DNA of 32,000 nt from Candidatus Altimarinota bacterium (lineage in GTDB: Bacteria; Patescibacteriota; Gracilibacteria; UBA1369): NCBI GenBank assembly GCA_041659405.1, contig JBAZYK010000003.1, forward strand, positions 30,001 to 62,000. The letters run 5' to 3'. This document shows positions 8,247 through 16,031 of the stretch, one piece after another. Under the pieces are notes generated by a model. It ran no database searches, had not been told where the DNA came from, and saw only the letters and a list, made by a program, of their open reading frames with translations. Each line of letters opens with the position of its first letter. Position 1 is the stretch's first letter. The translations under genes were made by a program, and so were the position numbers.

Positions 8247-8957
8247 ATGGATCGCAAACAAGAAGTATTAAAGGCTATCATTAAACATTTTATTCAAACT
8301 GCCGAACCGGTTGGATCGCAAGCCATCCTCATCAGCTACAAATTTGCGGTGAGCCCGGCCACGATTAGAAACGACATGGCCCAGCTGGAAAAAGAAGGCT
8401 TTATTTATCAGCCTCACACTTCTGCCGGTCGCATTCCAACGGATTTGGGTTATCGTCTTTTTGTTGATGAACTGGCCGATTTGGAAGATGAAAGAAAAAA
8501 AGCCGTTCAGGTTTTGCAGGAGATTGAAAAGAATTATCATCTGGAAAAAGCCAAAGAAAAAATTTATGACGGCGTTTCTTTATTGGCCAGAGCTACAGAA
8601 AATATCAGTTTTGCCACATTGCCGGATAACCGCCGCACCTTTTATTTGGGACTTTCCAGCGTTTTGCGCCAGCCGGAATTTTTGAGTGATAGTATTCGCG
8701 CCAGCCAGGTTATAGAAGTTTTGGAAAAACACGATAATTTTGTGAATTTGCTGCAGGATTTGGAAATAAACGACGAAGTTCGAATTTTCATCGGCAAGGA
8801 AAACATCCTTGAACAGATTCAAAGTTGCAGCTTGATTGTGACCAAATACCGCTTTCAGGGATACGACGGATTTATGGGTATTTTAGGACCAACCCGCATG
8901 AACTACACCTTCAACCAGATCGTTCTGGAAGAAATCAAAAAACTGCTTAAGGGTTAA
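8247..8957 (+). CDS. hrcA: heat-inducible transcription repressor HrcA (short, 236 aa)
   Basis: N-terminal winged-helix block [21 protein letters not shown]...[39 protein letters not shown]. The gene order hrcA-grpE-dnaK supports the call. Confidence 0.85.
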   Translation: MDRKQEVLKAIIKHFIQTAEPVGSQAILISYKFAVSPATIRNDMAQLEKEGFIYQPHTSAGRIPTDLGYRLFVDELADLEDERKKAVQVLQEIEKNYHLEKAKEKIYDGVSLLARATENISFATLPDNRRTFYLGLSSVLRQPEFLSDSIRASQVIEVLEKHDNFVNLLQDLEINDEVRIFIGKENILEQIQSCSLIVTKYRFQGYDGFMGILGPTRMNYTFNQIVLEEIKKLLKG

Positions 8958-9012
8958 ACTAAGCAAAAAACTCACTCAAAAATTTGAACCATAATTTATA
9001 ATTTTTTCTAAA

Positions 9013-9660
9013 ATGGCCGATCAAAAAGATCAAAATCAAACACAACAAAATTCCGACAACGCAGCAGGCAATAGCGCAACAAATGACGACGATCAAACCA
9101 CAAACGATGGTTCTGCAAATGACGACAACAACACATCTTCAACCGGATCTGTCGCTAATGATGGAACAACAACTGGCTCCTCCCCAAACGACGACGCCGA
9201 ATACCAACAGCTCAAACTCGAATTAGAAGAAACTCAATCCAAACTTCAGGATATGGTTAGCATTAGTCAGCGCGCCCTGGCCGATTTGCAAAATTTCCGC
9301 CGCCGTGCCGAAGAAGAAAAAACCAATTTTGTGCAATATGCCAATGCTGATCTGATTTTGGCTTTGCTTCCAACCATCGACAACGCCCATCGCGCCTTAA
9401 CGCATGAGCCAAAAGACGCCGAGTGGTCTAAAGGAGTTGAACAAATTTTGCGCCAACTCACTCAAATCATCGAAAAAAAGAATGTAAAAACTATCGCTAC
9501 AGTAGGCCAAAAATTCGATCCTACCATGCACGAAGCCCTTTTAATGGGCCCGGGTGAAAAAGACCTTGTTACAGAAGAACTCGAAAAAGGCTACCTCCTC
9601 GGCGACCGCGTCCTAAAGCGCGCAAGAGTCAAAGTTGGTGATGGAACGGCTACGGCATAA
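9013..9660 (+). CDS. grpE: nucleotide exchange factor GrpE with Asn/Asp/Thr-rich N-terminal low-complexity region
   Basis: LQNFRRRAEEEK, LLPTIDNAHRAL, KFDPTMHEAL and RVLKRARVKV blocks. Confidence 0.9.
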   Translation: MADQKDQNQTQQNSDNAAGNSATNDDDQTTNDGSANDDNNTSSTGSVANDGTTTGSSPNDDAEYQQLKLELEETQSKLQDMVSISQRALADLQNFRRRAEEEKTNFVQYANADLILALLPTIDNAHRALTHEPKDAEWSKGVEQILRQLTQIIEKKNVKTIATVGQKFDPTMHEALLMGPGEKDLVTEELEKGYLLGDRVLKRARVKVGDGTATA

Positions 9661-9711
9661 AGCCATTAAAACAGCCCGTTCTAACATCTGCACATTTTGC
9701 TTTAATAATTA

Positions 9712-9752
9712 TTGACATCACTCATTTAGCACTCTATAATTCGGAGTGCCAG
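9712..9752 (+). promoter_or_regulatory. perfect consensus promoter TTGACA-17-TATAAT overlapped by CIRCE (TTAGCACTC-N9-GAGTGCCAG) upstream of dnaK
   Basis: -35 at 9712-9717, -10 at 9735-9740, CIRCE at 9726-9752. Left arm matches 9/9 and right arm 7/9. Confidence 0.8.
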
Positions 9753-9790
9753 TTTGTATTAACGGCTCATGCAGGTTAAGAACAAACAAT

Positions 9791-9820
9791 TACCCATTAC
9801 TAATTATTAATAAATAAATT
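9791..9820 (+). promoter_or_regulatory. TAATTA-rich leader element upstream of dnaK (TACCCATTACTAATTATTAATAAATAAATT-ATG)
   Basis: The 16-mer ATTACTAATTATTAAT (9796-9811) is identical to 30688-30703 upstream of rpsG. Confidence 0.45.
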
Positions 9821-11842
9821 ATGTCAAAAATCATTGGAATTGATCTTGGTACAACCAACTCCTGCGTTGCAGTTATGGAAGGCTCGGAACCGGTCGTTAT
9901 CCCAAATGTGGAAGGCCACCGCACCACTCCTTCAATTGTAGCCATCAAAAATGGTGAACGTTTGGTGGGTGTTACCGCAAAAAGCCAATCTGTAACCAAT
10001 CCGGAAAACACCATTTTCTCGGCAAAACGTTTTGTTGGCCGCATGTTCAAAGAAGTGGAACAGGACGCCAAACGCATGCCTTTTAAAGTTGTTAGTGGCC
10101 GTGGCGGCGAAGCGGAAATCGTGCTCGACGGAAAAGAGCATCGTCCTGCGGAAATTTCTTCCATGGTTTTGGCAAAATTGAAAGCCGATGCGGAAGCGTA
10201 CTTAGGAGAAACTGTAACTGAAGCCGTTATTACGGTCCCAGCCTACTTTAATGACGCTCAACGTCAGGCCACCAAAGATGCCGGTAAAATTGCCGGTCTT
10301 GATGTGAAAAGAATTATTAACGAGCCAACTGCTGCCGCTCTTGCGTACGGCCTGGACAAAAACAAAGCCAAAGAAAAGAAAGTTGCCGTGTTTGATTTTG
10401 GTGGAGGTACCTTTGATATTTCCATTTTGGAGCTTGGCGAAGGCGTTTTTGAAGTACTTTCAACCAATGGCGACACTCAACTTGGTGGTGACGATATGGA
10501 TCAGCAAATCGTAACCTGGTTATTGGCCGAGTTCAAAAAAGATCAAGGACAAGACCTTTCCGGCGATCGTGTAGCGCTACAACGTCTGCGTGATGCTGCT
10601 GAAAAAGCCAAGATCGAACTTTCAACTCTAAACGAATCGGAAATTAATTTGCCGTTTATTTCTATGGATAAAGGCGGCTCTCCAAAACATTTCAACTTAA
10701 AATTAACACGTGCAAAGTTGGAGGATTTGGTGGCTGATTTAATTGAAAGAACAGTTGGCCCATGCAAAAAAGCCATTGAAGATGCCAAAATTTATTTAAG
10801 TGATCTTGATGAAATTATTTTAGTTGGAGGTATGACCCGCATGCCGGCAATTCAACACAAAGCCAAAGAAATTTTCGGCAAAGAGCCTCATCGTGGCATT
10901 AATCCGGATGAAGTTGTGGCGATTGGTGCCGCAATTCAGGGCGGCGTGCTGCAGGGAAATGTGAAGGACATTATTTTGTTGGATGTGACTCCCCTTTCAC
11001 TTGGAATTGAAACTTTAGGCGGAGTTGCCACAAAATTGATCGAGCGCAACACCACTATCCCAACTTCCAAATCGCAAGTTTTCTCTACAGCTGCGGATAA
11101 TCAGACATCTGTAGAAATTCATGTGGTTCAGGGTGATCGTCCAATGGCTGCAGATAACAAAGATTTGGGCCGATTTATTCTTGATGGAATTCCATCCGCA
11201 CCTCGCGGCGTTCCTCAAATTGAAGTAACTTTTGATATTGATGCGAACGGAATCATCAACGTAAAAGCAAGCGACAAAGCCACAAATAAAGTTCAACATA
11301 TTACCATTACCGGTTCCAGCAATATTCCGGAAGCCGAGCTGGAAAAAATGCGTAAAGAAGCTGAACTGCATGCCGAAGAAGACAAGAAAAAGAAGGAAGC
11401 CGTTGAAGAAAGAGTCAAAGCCGAAGGTTTGGTTTTGCAATCAGAAAGAACCCTGCGTGATGCCGGAACCAAGGTAAGCGACGAAATCAAAAAACCGGTT
11501 ACAGAAAAAATCGACACACTCAAGAAAATTTTAGAAAACAAGGACGCCAAACCGGAAGAAATCAAAAAAGCCTACGATGAACTAAGCGACGCCATCCAAA
11601 AAGTTGGCGCGGAAATGTATAAAACAGCTGGCACAGCCGGAGCGAATGCGCAGGGTGCTACAGGTGATGCCGGCACAGGCGAAACAGCCAGTGGCGCAAA
11701 CGCAGGAGCGGGAGCCGCAGGCGAATCCGCATCAGGCGCAGCCGACGACGGCACCAAAGTCTACGAAAAAGGCAAACGCCCGGAAGACGGCACAAGCGGC
11801 GAAGGCCCGGTAGAAGGCGAAGTGGTGGATGATAAGAAATAA
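9821..11842 (+). CDS. dnaK: molecular chaperone DnaK (Hsp70) with Gly/Ala-rich C-terminal tail
   Basis: [22 protein letters not shown]-type block ([13 protein letters not shown]) and [11 protein letters not shown] motifs. 673 aa. Confidence 0.97.
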   Translation: MSKIIGIDLGTTNSCVAVMEGSEPVVIPNVEGHRTTPSIVAIKNGERLVGVTAKSQSVTNPENTIFSAKRFVGRMFKEVEQDAKRMPFKVVSGRGGEAEIVLDGKEHRPAEISSMVLAKLKADAEAYLGETVTEAVITVPAYFNDAQRQATKDAGKIAGLDVKRIINEPTAAALAYGLDKNKAKEKKVAVFDFGGGTFDISILELGEGVFEVLSTNGDTQLGGDDMDQQIVTWLLAEFKKDQGQDLSGDRVALQRLRDAAEKAKIELSTLNESEINLPFISMDKGGSPKHFNLKLTRAKLEDLVADLIERTVGPCKKAIEDAKIYLSDLDEIILVGGMTRMPAIQHKAKEIFGKEPHRGINPDEVVAIGAAIQGGVLQGNVKDIILLDVTPLSLGIETLGGVATKLIERNTTIPTSKSQVFSTAADNQTSVEIHVVQGDRPMAADNKDLGRFILDGIPSAPRGVPQIEVTFDIDANGIINVKASDKATNKVQHITITGSSNIPEAELEKMRKEAELHAEEDKKKKEAVEERVKAEGLVLQSERTLRDAGTKVSDEIKKPVTEKIDTLKKILENKDAKPEEIKKAYDELSDAIQKVGAEMYKTAGTAGANAQGATGDAGTGETASGANAGAGAAGESASGAADDGTKVYEKGKRPEDGTSGEGPVEGEVVDDKK

Positions 11843-12122
11843 CACCAACCCCATGCCCACTTTAGAAAGTCTTCAGCAAGAAATCAACGAAATCAAAGCA
11901 CGTAATCAGCGCGTCGAAAAAGACAAAGCTTGGGAAAAAAGCTGGTCCCGCAAAATTTTGATCGCGCTGCTTACGTACATCGTCATCGTAATTTTCTTCT
12001 CCACGGCAAATTTGCCAAACCCATTTTTTAACGCAATTGTCCCAACTTTGGGATTCTTGCTTTCAACCCTAACCATCCCCCTCGTTAAAAAATGGTGGAG
12101 CGGGCGGGTTTACAAAAGGTAG
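11829..12122 (+). CDS. small two-TM membrane protein overlapping the dnaK stop (alternative start 11853)
   Basis: The ORF overlaps the dnaK 3' end by 14 nt. It has a coiled-coil-like N-terminus and then two hydrophobic segments ([32 protein letters not shown]). Confidence 0.45.
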   Translation: MIRNNTNPMPTLESLQQEINEIKARNQRVEKDKAWEKSWSRKILIALLTYIVIVIFFSTANLPNPFFNAIVPTLGFLLSTLTIPLVKKWWSGRVYKR

Positions 12123-12165
12123 ATACAAATACGTCATTAGCAGTCGTATCCCTTAAAACACAACT

Positions 12166-12681
12166 ATGAGCACAAGAGATGACTTTGATCCAAAAACTAT
12201 TGAGGCAATAGGAAAACGGGCCTCTTATATTTGTTCAAATCCGACTTGCAAGAGCTTAACTCTATGCCCTTCAGCAACGGATGAAAGCAAATTTATATAT
12301 GTAGGCAAAGCAGCCCACATTACCGCCGCAGCAGTAGGCGGCCCACGATACGATGAAACACTTTTATCCGACGAGAGAAAATCAATCGGTAATGCAATTT
12401 TTCTATGCTCAAATTGTGCCGATATGATCGACAAAAATAAAGGCATTGATTTCACCATCGATCAACTGAAAAAGTGGAAACAGGAACACGAAACATGGAC
12501 CGCCCAGAATTTAAACAAAAGTTTAAACTCTCCCATTACTACCATCGACGGCGAACACATCGCTAGAGGAAAAGGCAATGTCACCGGAATCAGAACAACC
12601 AAGCCTACATTCTTTAAACCGGGAACAAAATCTTTAGCCGAAGGAGAAGGCAACATAACAGCAACTCACATAGGTTCTTAA
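12166..12681 (+). CDS. His-Me finger (HNH)-like protein with degenerate C-terminal His
   Basis: CSNPTCKSLTLCP ... AAHITAAAVGGPRYDE ... NAIFLCSNCADMIDKN matches the C-x-C / AHI...GGPR / N..LC..C(H)..ID layout of HNH nucleases, with Ala in place of the last His. The C-terminal part has an internal duplication (ARGKGNVTG / AEGEGNITA). Confidence 0.55.
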   Translation: MSTRDDFDPKTIEAIGKRASYICSNPTCKSLTLCPSATDESKFIYVGKAAHITAAAVGGPRYDETLLSDERKSIGNAIFLCSNCADMIDKNKGIDFTIDQLKKWKQEHETWTAQNLNKSLNSPITTIDGEHIARGKGNVTGIRTTKPTFFKPGTKSLAEGEGNITATHIGS

Positions 12682-12691
12682 CTTTTTAAAC

Positions 12692-12928
12692 ATGCAAACA
12701 GGTTCCTTTTTTGGATACAAGTGCCCACAATGCCATAGTGCCGTTGACATTGCCGCCATCGCTGGCAGTAATGAGCTGCTTTGCTCACAATGCAAAATAC
12801 CAATGGTTCCCGATCCAAATGGTCGCACCAGTGCCGCAAATGTTTTCTGCGCAAACTGTAAAGCTACTTACGGACTGGTGAATTCAGATAAATGTCCTCA
12901 GTGTGGAGGCCCGTTTTCTTCAATGTAA
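12692..12928 (+). CDS. 78-aa double zinc-ribbon protein
   Basis: Four CxxC pairs (CPQCH, CSQCK, CANCK, CPQCG). Starts 10 nt after the upstream stop. Confidence 0.5.
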   Translation: MQTGSFFGYKCPQCHSAVDIAAIAGSNELLCSQCKIPMVPDPNGRTSAANVFCANCKATYGLVNSDKCPQCGGPFSSM

Positions 12929-12972
12929 TAATAACGGGATACAGCGGCTAACAGTGCCCATTTTTAATCGTT

Positions 12973-13479
12973 ATGGAACAAAAATCTGGAAAACTTATAA
13001 TTGATAACAATGGCAAACTCATTCTAACAGGTGAAGTGTTTGACGACCACGGCTCATTTGATTTTAATGCCTTTGTAGATACAGGATCCTCTTTCGGTAT
13101 GGTTCTCACTAAACAACTGGCCGATGCTGTTTGTGCTAAATATGAACGAGATATAAATATAAGCATCGGTGGTGGTTCAAATGCTACAACTGGGCAAATA
13201 TGCAGAGCAAATCTTCGATTTGGAGATTTAACTCTACAGAATTATGAAGTAACAGTCGTGAATGGCAATAGGAATCTAGTTGGAATTAAGTTTTTTCAGG
13301 ATACAGGAATAATTATATTGATAGATTTTCACAAAGGCAAAACAATGGGTGGAGCAATAACTACTGATAGAAGATTCGCAAAAGCAATAGGTAAAACATC
13401 ACATTGTTTTTTTGTACATAATAACGACATAACAAAATCAAATGAGCCGTGTCCAATATGTGGAGCACAAGGTGAATAA
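12973..13479 (+). CDS. retropepsin-like (clan AA) aspartic protease domain protein with C-terminal CPxCG knuckle
   Basis: AFVDTGSSFGMVL (D-T-G-S catalytic motif), ISIGGG flap-like segment, a hydrophobic-G-hydrophobic motif (NLVGIKFF) and IILIDFHKGK. This is the standard order for bacterial retropepsin-like domains. Confidence 0.65.
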   Translation: MEQKSGKLIIDNNGKLILTGEVFDDHGSFDFNAFVDTGSSFGMVLTKQLADAVCAKYERDINISIGGGSNATTGQICRANLRFGDLTLQNYEVTVVNGNRNLVGIKFFQDTGIIILIDFHKGKTMGGAITTDRRFAKAIGKTSHCFFVHNNDITKSNEPCPICGAQGE

Positions 13480-13488
13480 AAATGAGCA

Positions 13489-13523
13489 GTGCAGCGCATT
13501 AGCGGTTCGGTTGCGGCCTAACC
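13489..13523 (+). repeat. copy c of a ~31-nt intergenic motif (CAGCGC-N-T-N-A-N-CGGTT...GCGG-N-CT)
   Basis: Matches about 23 of 31 positions against 31593-31623 by hand alignment. Confidence 0.4.
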
Positions 13524-13524
13524 C

Positions 13525-13571
13525 AAGTTGACTGGTTGTGGCCTTCGGCACATTATACAATCAGTCAACTT
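13525..13571 (+). other. 47-nt extended hairpin in the protease/metallopeptidase spacer
   Basis: AAGTTGACTG (13525-13534) pairs perfectly with CAGTCAACTT (13562-13571). The stem extends about 6 more pairs with G-U. The apical GCC-TTC-GGC can also pair. No U-tract follows. Confidence 0.55.
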
Positions 13572-13618
13572 CGCCAACATGCGGACGTTATGAGAAATAA
13601 ATTATTTTTTGCCCCCTT

Positions 13619-14782
13619 ATGGAAAACGAAATAAGCAACGAATACATCGAAAATGCAATAAACGAGTTAGAAAAATTCTTTGGCGTTAAAGAGCCAGTTT
13701 TTAGTGAAAATATTTTTTCATTAATTAGGGGAGGTAAGGTCAAAGATGCAATGAAATTGATAGCTTTTCAACTTGGCTTGCCTATTGATATCAATATTAC
13801 AAATGTCCCGAATGACTATAGAGCCCAGAGCGGTGACAACCAATTTCATAGCACCCACCTAGTTAATGTTCATCAACACGGATCTGGTAGCGAAGGTATT
13901 ACAGCTCAAGTAACCATTCCTGGCAATTTACCATTTTACGGATCTTCAGCACTAAACGGATATCCTATCAATGTTAAGATAAGTAAAAATTGTACGGAAC
14001 ATACTGTCGTATTCGCAATGATAATGGCTCATGAACTTTCACATATATTACTGTATTCATTAAGTCATTCTAAAAAGGAAAATGAATTTTATACTGACCT
14101 TACCGCCATAATGTTAGGTTTCCAAAATATTTTCCAAAACGGGCGCAAAATTACAAAAACTGATGTAGAAGAAGGGTTTATGAGTACAACGACTAGAACA
14201 CAGACGACAACTTATGGGTACTTAAATGATAATCAGTTTAATTTTGCTCACAATAAAATAAATTTAATATTAGAAAAAAACAGAGAAAGAAAAAAACTTT
14301 TATCAGAGGAATTCAAAAGATTTACAAAGTTATTATCAAAATATGAAAAAACGCTATTTAAATTTAAAAATTTTTTAGAATATCTAACAAAAAATACTAA
14401 CAAAAAAATCTCTGGCGAAGATGGTAAAAAGATGATGTCGTTTTTCCAACCTGGATATATGGATGAGCTATGCTTAGTACCAAAAGAATATAAGGATAAG
14501 CAACAAATAATCAAAAAATTTTTAAAAGAGCTTTCCCATTATACGGATCAAAGATTAAATCAATTATCAGCTTATGCAAACAATCTGAAAAAATATTCCA
14601 GTGAATTAAAAATTCAACTCATTCCTCTCAAAAAAGATGTTAAAATGTTGAAGAAATATGTTAGCTATAAATATAGGATAAAAAAAACTCTCTCTCTTTT
14701 GTTTAAAGGAGCAAAAAATAATTTACATCTCATAACACGACATATGAAATTAAAGAAAAATTCACATAAAATCCCTCAGTAA
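13619..14782 (+). CDS. HExxH zinc-metallopeptidase-like protein with Lys-rich helical C-terminal half
   Basis: VVFAMIMAHELSHILLYS followed about 15 aa later by ENEFYTDLTAIMLGF (a gluzincin-like third ligand). The layout resembles ImmA/IrrE- or SprT-type cores. The C-terminal ~190 aa are K/L/E-rich. The gene is visibly more A+T-rich than its neighbours. Confidence 0.5.
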   Translation: MENEISNEYIENAINELEKFFGVKEPVFSENIFSLIRGGKVKDAMKLIAFQLGLPIDINITNVPNDYRAQSGDNQFHSTHLVNVHQHGSGSEGITAQVTIPGNLPFYGSSALNGYPINVKISKNCTEHTVVFAMIMAHELSHILLYSLSHSKKENEFYTDLTAIMLGFQNIFQNGRKITKTDVEEGFMSTTTRTQTTTYGYLNDNQFNFAHNKINLILEKNRERKKLLSEEFKRFTKLLSKYEKTLFKFKNFLEYLTKNTNKKISGEDGKKMMSFFQPGYMDELCLVPKEYKDKQQIIKKFLKELSHYTDQRLNQLSAYANNLKKYSSELKIQLIPLKKDVKMLKKYVSYKYRIKKTLSLLFKGAKNNLHLITRHMKLKKNSHKIPQ

Positions 14783-15048
14783 AATACGAAACGAAGTACT
14801 CAAACTTACCGATAAAAAAAATAAATCATCGCATCACTAAATTGACTACCAGTCCAACTCCTGCCACAACTCAAAATTTCGGGACGGGACGGCGAGAACG
14901 ACCATTTTAGGCCTCAAACAAGCCAACTTGTTTTTATGAGAATACCTAAGGAGTAACATTCCTCACACATAAACGCCCAGGCACGACCAACCTATTTCAT
15001 AAAAATTTCATCTCCCGTTTAGAAATCGTTAATGTTTCTGGATTATAT

Positions 15049-15077
15049 TTGACCAGCGCACCTAAATTGGATATACT
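15049..15077 (+). promoter_or_regulatory. promoter TTGACC-17-TATACT upstream of the AbrB-type antitoxin gene
   Basis: -35 at 15049-15054 and -10 at 15072-15077, about 30 nt upstream of the ATG at 15107. Confidence 0.45.
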
Positions 15078-15106
15078 TAAAGTAAGATTTTCTTACATTT
15101 ATCCAT

Positions 15107-15376
15107 ATGGCTACATTCGACATCACAAGTCTTTCCTCAAAAGGACAAATCGTTATCCCCAACAATCTAAGAAAAGAACTGGGAATGACACCGGGAATTA
15201 AGCTTATTATTTTCACTGATGGCTCTAATCTGCTCATAAAACCTGTGCCATCCCCAAAAATAGAAACCTTTCAAAAACTCATCAAAGAAAGTCGGGCATT
15301 AGTCAAAAAGAATAAATTCACCGCCTCAGATGTGGAAAAAATCATCAAACAAACCAGAAACGAAAATCGTTCTTGA
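15107..15376 (+). CDS. AbrB/MazE/SpoVT-family antitoxin
   Basis: LSSKGQIVIPNNLRKELGMTPGIKLIIFTDGSNLLIKPV is a classic SpoVT-AbrB swapped-hairpin domain. The gene overlaps a PIN-like reading frame at its 3' end. Confidence 0.8.
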   Translation: MATFDITSLSSKGQIVIPNNLRKELGMTPGIKLIIFTDGSNLLIKPVPSPKIETFQKLIKESRALVKKNKFTASDVEKIIKQTRNENRS

Positions 15377-15498
15377 TACAAATGTTCTAATTTCCGGGAT
15401 CTTCTGGAGATCAAGATCTACTCACATTAAAAACCATATCCAAAATCAAAATACTAACGCCTACAGATTTCCTGAAAGTTTTAAGAAAATCCCTTTAA
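15330..15498 (+). pseudogene. PIN-domain (VapC/PIN_3-like) toxin remnant with internal deletion and frameshift
   Basis: One frame (15363-15407) reads KIVLDTNVLISGIFW, a canonical PIN N-terminus with the first acidic residue. The +1 frame (15406-15498) reads GDQDLLTLKTISKIKILTPTDFLKVLKKSL-stop, a canonical PIN_3 C-terminus. The central bulk of a normal ~130-aa domain is missing. Confidence 0.6.
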
Positions 15499-15502
15499 AA
15501 CC

Positions 15503-15826
15503 CTATCTATACAAATAAACCGTGCCGCGGAAATTTTCAGCTCCATCATTCCCATCCACACCATAATCTATTTGCAACCTCAAAGTGGTGCGAGGGTACT
15601 TCCTGTTAATTGCAACAGCCTTCTGGTTCGCAGAAACATCTCTATGATCAAGCCAAGCAACCACTTTCCAACCTTCATTTTGCAGGGCATTAATAAAATA
15701 AAGATTTTGCTGACTGATTCCTAAATCTTTCAAAAATGTAAACACCGTAACTTTATCAACCTTATCAAGCTCCAAATATTGCGACTCATCAATTATCGGA
15801 ACTTTTAAATCATCCGGTCCACCCAT
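15503..15826 (-). CDS. hypothetical 107-aa protein
   Basis: Clean ORF that converges on the PIN remnant with a 5-nt gap. No motif recognised. Confidence 0.45.
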   Translation of the reverse strand: MGGPDDLKVPIIDESQYLELDKVDKVTVFTFLKDLGISQQNLYFINALQNEGWKVVAWLDHRDVSANQKAVAINRKYPRTTLRLQIDYGVDGNDGAENFRGTVYLYR

Positions 15827-15921
15827 AATAAATTTTTAAAATATAAACCATTAAATTCACCGGCAGGTTAACTCCAATAAAAATTCTGTCAAGATTTTGT
15901 CATCTGGATGACCTCACTTTC

Positions 15922-15957
15922 AAAAAAAGGGCCAAGGTTTTAACCAAAGCCCTTTTT
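15922..15957 (-). terminator. rho-independent terminator (bidirectional architecture) downstream of the 16032..16292 gene
   Basis: AAAGGGC (15926-15932) pairs with GCCCTTT (15949-15955), and an inner GGT/ACC pairing is possible. An A-run precedes it and a T-run follows on the plus strand, so the minus strand reads stem plus TTTTTTT. Confidence 0.65.
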
Positions 15958-16031
15958 CGTCTGATTTTTTGAAGGATCATCTGGTGAAAATTAGCCCTCA
16001 TAATCGAAATTTTCAACCCGCCACCACCAAC

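Noticed and set aside
9790-11757. Multiple minus-strand and alternative-frame ORFs inside dnaK
   Set aside because: All are nested in the clearly conserved Hsp70 frame. The 11572..11757 and 11604..11813 ORFs arise from the G/A-rich tail repeats.
13489-13575. Possible tRNA or tRNA-like gene (contains GGTTCGG, reminiscent of a T-loop)
   Set aside because: No cloverleaf can be drawn. The dominant structure is one 16-bp stem, and there is no acceptor stem, D-arm or anticodon-arm geometry.
15330-15518. Calling the 62-aa ORF as an intact small PIN toxin
   Set aside because: Only its first ~25 residues resemble a PIN domain. The family-typical C-terminus is encoded in a different frame, and the remaining catalytic acidic residues are absent. 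It is therefore annotated as a pseudogene.
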